In this document: in pieces, positions 61,363 to 64,000 of the stretch
Position numbering within the stretch: the stretch's first letter is position 1
Layout of the letters: each line of letters begins with the position of its first letter
NCBI GenBank assembly: GCA_052426225.1
Contig: JBNJNM010000015.1
Location: 1,240,001-1,304,000 of the forward strand
DNA from: Zancudomyces culisetae HAW-14-8
Lineage: Eukaryota > Fungi > Kickxellomycota
DNA length: 64,000 nucleotides
Reading direction: 5' to 3'
The notes under the pieces: generated by a model
The model's input: only the letters and a program-made list of their open reading frames with translations
Told to the model about the DNA's origin: nothing
The model's database searches: none
Translations under genes and position numbers: made by a program

Positions 61363-62462
61363 CACATGCACTGTTTTATTTTTACTTTTGTAATAATCAA
61401 TTTTTGTCTAACTTTTAACAGAGCCACAGATATATACTCTTGCTAATTTAAAGGTGGTGGCAAGAAAAAAAAAAGAGGGAAGGGATTCTGGATGATGGAG
61501 TGATAAATATTTGTGTTAGATCTGCCAATGTTGAATAGCTCAGTCATAAAGATTGCCTAATTATAGACTCATGCATGCTAGGGTCAGCTTCAGAGTAAAA
61601 ACTGCTAGTAATCATATTTATACTTTGTACTAGCTGGGTGATTCTGCGGAAATAAAAGAACGTGGTTGGACATACACGTACAATGAGCTTGAGGGTATAG
61701 AAATAAAGAGCTGGTTTGAACATTTTGTAATCATTGTCGCTTTTATGGCTATTTGTAATTTACAATGGTAAATCAAGAAAATCGCTGTAAAACGAGCCTT
61801 TTTTTAGATAAAAGCAGAAAAGGCATGTGGTTGGAAGTATGCGCTGGTCAAGTTTTTTAGATTCACGATTTTTGTTCGCTTTACATTATTTTTTTGAATC
61901 GTCGAGCTTACAGATTTGTCAAGATGCCAATGGTCAACAAAAAAAAAGAGGCAGAATAAAGACAAAATACAGAAAATTAAAGAAAATAGGACTACAATGG
62001 TTGCAAATAATGAGCTTAGTAATTGAAATTCCTAATTCTAAGCGGGAATAATTATATAACCAATTGCTTTATTTTTCAAAACGAAAAGGTAATTCTGATT
62101 TTCGCACATGAATTGTAATTGTAGAAAAAAAAAAGGTTTGTAATGGAATAACCTATAACCAATTATAAGAGTATAGAATAGGGGAAAAGGTGTTAAAAGA
62201 AAAACTAGGAGCTATACTACGTTTATTTTTTCTTACAAAACTCAAAGATTCTGCATAGAGTTTTGATATCCTATTTCATTTTTTTTCTACTTTTTGGTTT
62301 ATTTTGTTCACACCCATTTCAGATTATCGCAAGAAGGGATAGACCAATTTAACGGAACTTGCAAAATACAACATCTTCTACTCATTAAATCACTAACCAA
62401 CCTGACACATTTACGAAACAGAGGGAAAATAGCAAAGAGTAGAAAGGATAGAGTAGCGCAAA

Positions 62463-64000
62463 ATGAGGGCAATCACCACGAGCGATTTTGCTCAAAATGA
62501 AATTGACGAGATAGTAAACTATTTAAGGGTCAACCTAGAAACAGGGTTGACAGAATCCGAGGGGAGAGATAGGCGAAATATATATGGATTTAACTTGTTG
62601 GAGAAAAAGGAAGAGGAAAGCTTATTGATGCGATTTTTCAAAGGGGTATTTATGAATCCTATGGTGCTGTTGTTGTTGGGTAGTGCAGTAGTCAGTATAC
62701 TTGTAAAGAACTACGACGATGCCTTCAGTATAACTTTGGCAATATTGATAGTTAGCACAGTTGGATTCGTACAAGAGTATCGATCTGAAAAGACACTAGC
62801 AGCTTTGAGCGCATTGGTACCGCATTATTGTCAAGTTATTCGCGAAGGAAAGAAAAAGATAGTTAATTCCGAGGAACTGGTGCCTGGGGATGTGGTGGAA
62901 TTTTCTACAGGAGATCGAATACCGGCAGATTTGAGAATATTTGAGGCAAAGAATCTAGAAATTGATGAGTCAAGTTTGACAGGAGAAAGCGAATCTAGAT
63001 ACAAAACTACTGAAAAAGTTGATGAAAAAAATACCCTGAATCGAACATTTGGGGAAGTTCCACTGACCCAAAGTTCTGGAAATCCTACGGCACCGCGAGG
63101 TGGCGCTGATTTGTCGTACGTCGATCAGACGAATATTGGATTCATGGGAACGCTGGTCAGAAACGGTAATGGAAAGGGAGTGGTTTGTTTCACAGGAAAC
63201 CACACAGAGTTTGGAAAGATCAACTTGATGATGCAGGAGTTGGAGGAACCTAGGACCCCACTTCAGCAAAGTATGGATTCACTCGGAGGACAGCTTTCAA
63301 TTCTTTCATTTGCAGTGATAGGTGGTATCATGCTTTTGGGTTTAATTCAGGGGAAAAAGCTGATGGAAATGTTTACTATTGGAGTTAGTTTGGCAGTTGC
63401 AGCAATACCCGAGGGTTTGTCAATAGTTGTTACAGTGACACTGGCTGTTGGAGTATTTAAGATGGCTAAGCGCAAAGCGATATGTAAGAAGCTACCGTCT
63501 GTAGAAACATTAGGCTCTGTTAGTGTTATATGTGTTGATAAGACAGGCACGCTTACACTGAACAAAATGCAAGTACAATATTTGTATACGCTTACTGAGG
63601 GACTAGTAAACTTTACAGAAGAATCAATGACAAGGATAAGATCATCGTGGTCGTACAACCAGCTGCTGAGGGCAGGGAATCTATGTAACAATGCGGCAAA
63701 AGATGAAAAGGGCAACTACATAGGACAGGCTACAGATATAGCAATTCTAGATGCAGCAATAATAGCACGTGGTGTTGACGAGAGAGAACACTTTCAAAGA
63801 ATGTCTGAGCTTCCATTCAGTTCAGAATCAAAACAAATGAGTACAACTTATGGAGATGAGGTTGACAGGGACTTCCCACGGGTATCATCACGCGGTAATG
63901 AAACAGGCAGCGCACATGTTGTATATGTCAAAGGAGCATTGGAACGAGTACTTGAAGGATGCACCACTAATTATAGTAGCAGTGGAGCTTGCAAGGATTT
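62463..64000 (+). CDS. PMR1: P2A-type Ca2+/Mn2+ ATPase PMR1/SPCA (5' part; runs off window; absent from ORF track)
   Basis: ATG 62463, open to window end: GFVQEYRSEK, LVPGD, GDRIPADLR, IDESSLTGES, AVAAIPEGL, VETLGSVSVICVDKTGTLT, FSSESK, YVKGALE. Confidence 0.93.
   Translation, partial: MRAITTSDFAQNEIDEIVNYLRVNLETGLTESEGRDRRNIYGFNLLEKKEEESLLMRFFKGVFMNPMVLLLLGSAVVSILVKNYDDAFSITLAILIVSTVGFVQEYRSEKTLAALSALVPHYCQVIREGKKKIVNSEELVPGDVVEFSTGDRIPADLRIFEAKNLEIDESSLTGESESRYKTTEKVDEKNTLNRTFGEVPLTQSSGNPTAPRGGADLSYVDQTNIGFMGTLVRNGNGKGVVCFTGNHTEFGKINLMMQELEEPRTPLQQSMDSLGGQLSILSFAVIGGIMLLGLIQGKKLMEMFTIGVSLAVAAIPEGLSIVVTVTLAVGVFKMAKRKAICKKLPSVETLGSVSVICVDKTGTLTLNKMQVQYLYTLTEGLVNFTEESMTRIRSSWSYNQLLRAGNLCNNAAKDEKGNYIGQATDIAILDAAIIARGVDEREHFQRMSELPFSSESKQMSTTYGDEVDRDFPRVSSRGNETGSAHVVYVKGALERVLEGCTTNYSSSGACKD

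Overview
A 64-kb gene-dense, AT-rich eukaryotic chromosomal segment from a fungus. The gene set (5-TOG STU2, CPSF6/CFIm68, PLD6, zinc-less Fpg, CBM19-like peptide) and short GT-AG introns suggest an early-diverging lineage such as Zoopagomycota/Kickxellomycotina; this is inference only. It carries about 21 protein genes. In order: amino-acid permease 3' end, MtfA-like C2H2 factor, BRO1, ERF2-like DHHC palmitoyltransferase, GPI1, STU2, a collagen-like/MIR-domain protein, PLD6/Zucchini-like, an orphan, UBC12, MIP1, a bZIP, CPSF6, SPC25, Fpg, ATG17, aminoacylase-1, a secreted 6-Cys peptide, a tyrosine phosphatase and the 5' part of PMR1. There is also one tRNA-Arg(ACG). Splice models were built by hand and close in frame. 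No CRISPR array or intact mobile element was seen. The best unexplained signals are four. (i) Unannotated structured + strand elements at about 38.1-38.3 kb and 55.8-56.5 kb, each preceded by a TTTTAGCGT motif; a 20-nt version of the motif is duplicated. (ii) A collagen-like + membrane anchor + MIR protein. (iii) A divergent pair of spliced microprotein genes at 13.3-14.8 kb that the ORF track largely misses. (iv) A ~23-kb block in which conserved genes are inflated by microsatellite, notably hexamer, insertions. None of these is proven to be a new system; they are ranked candidates.
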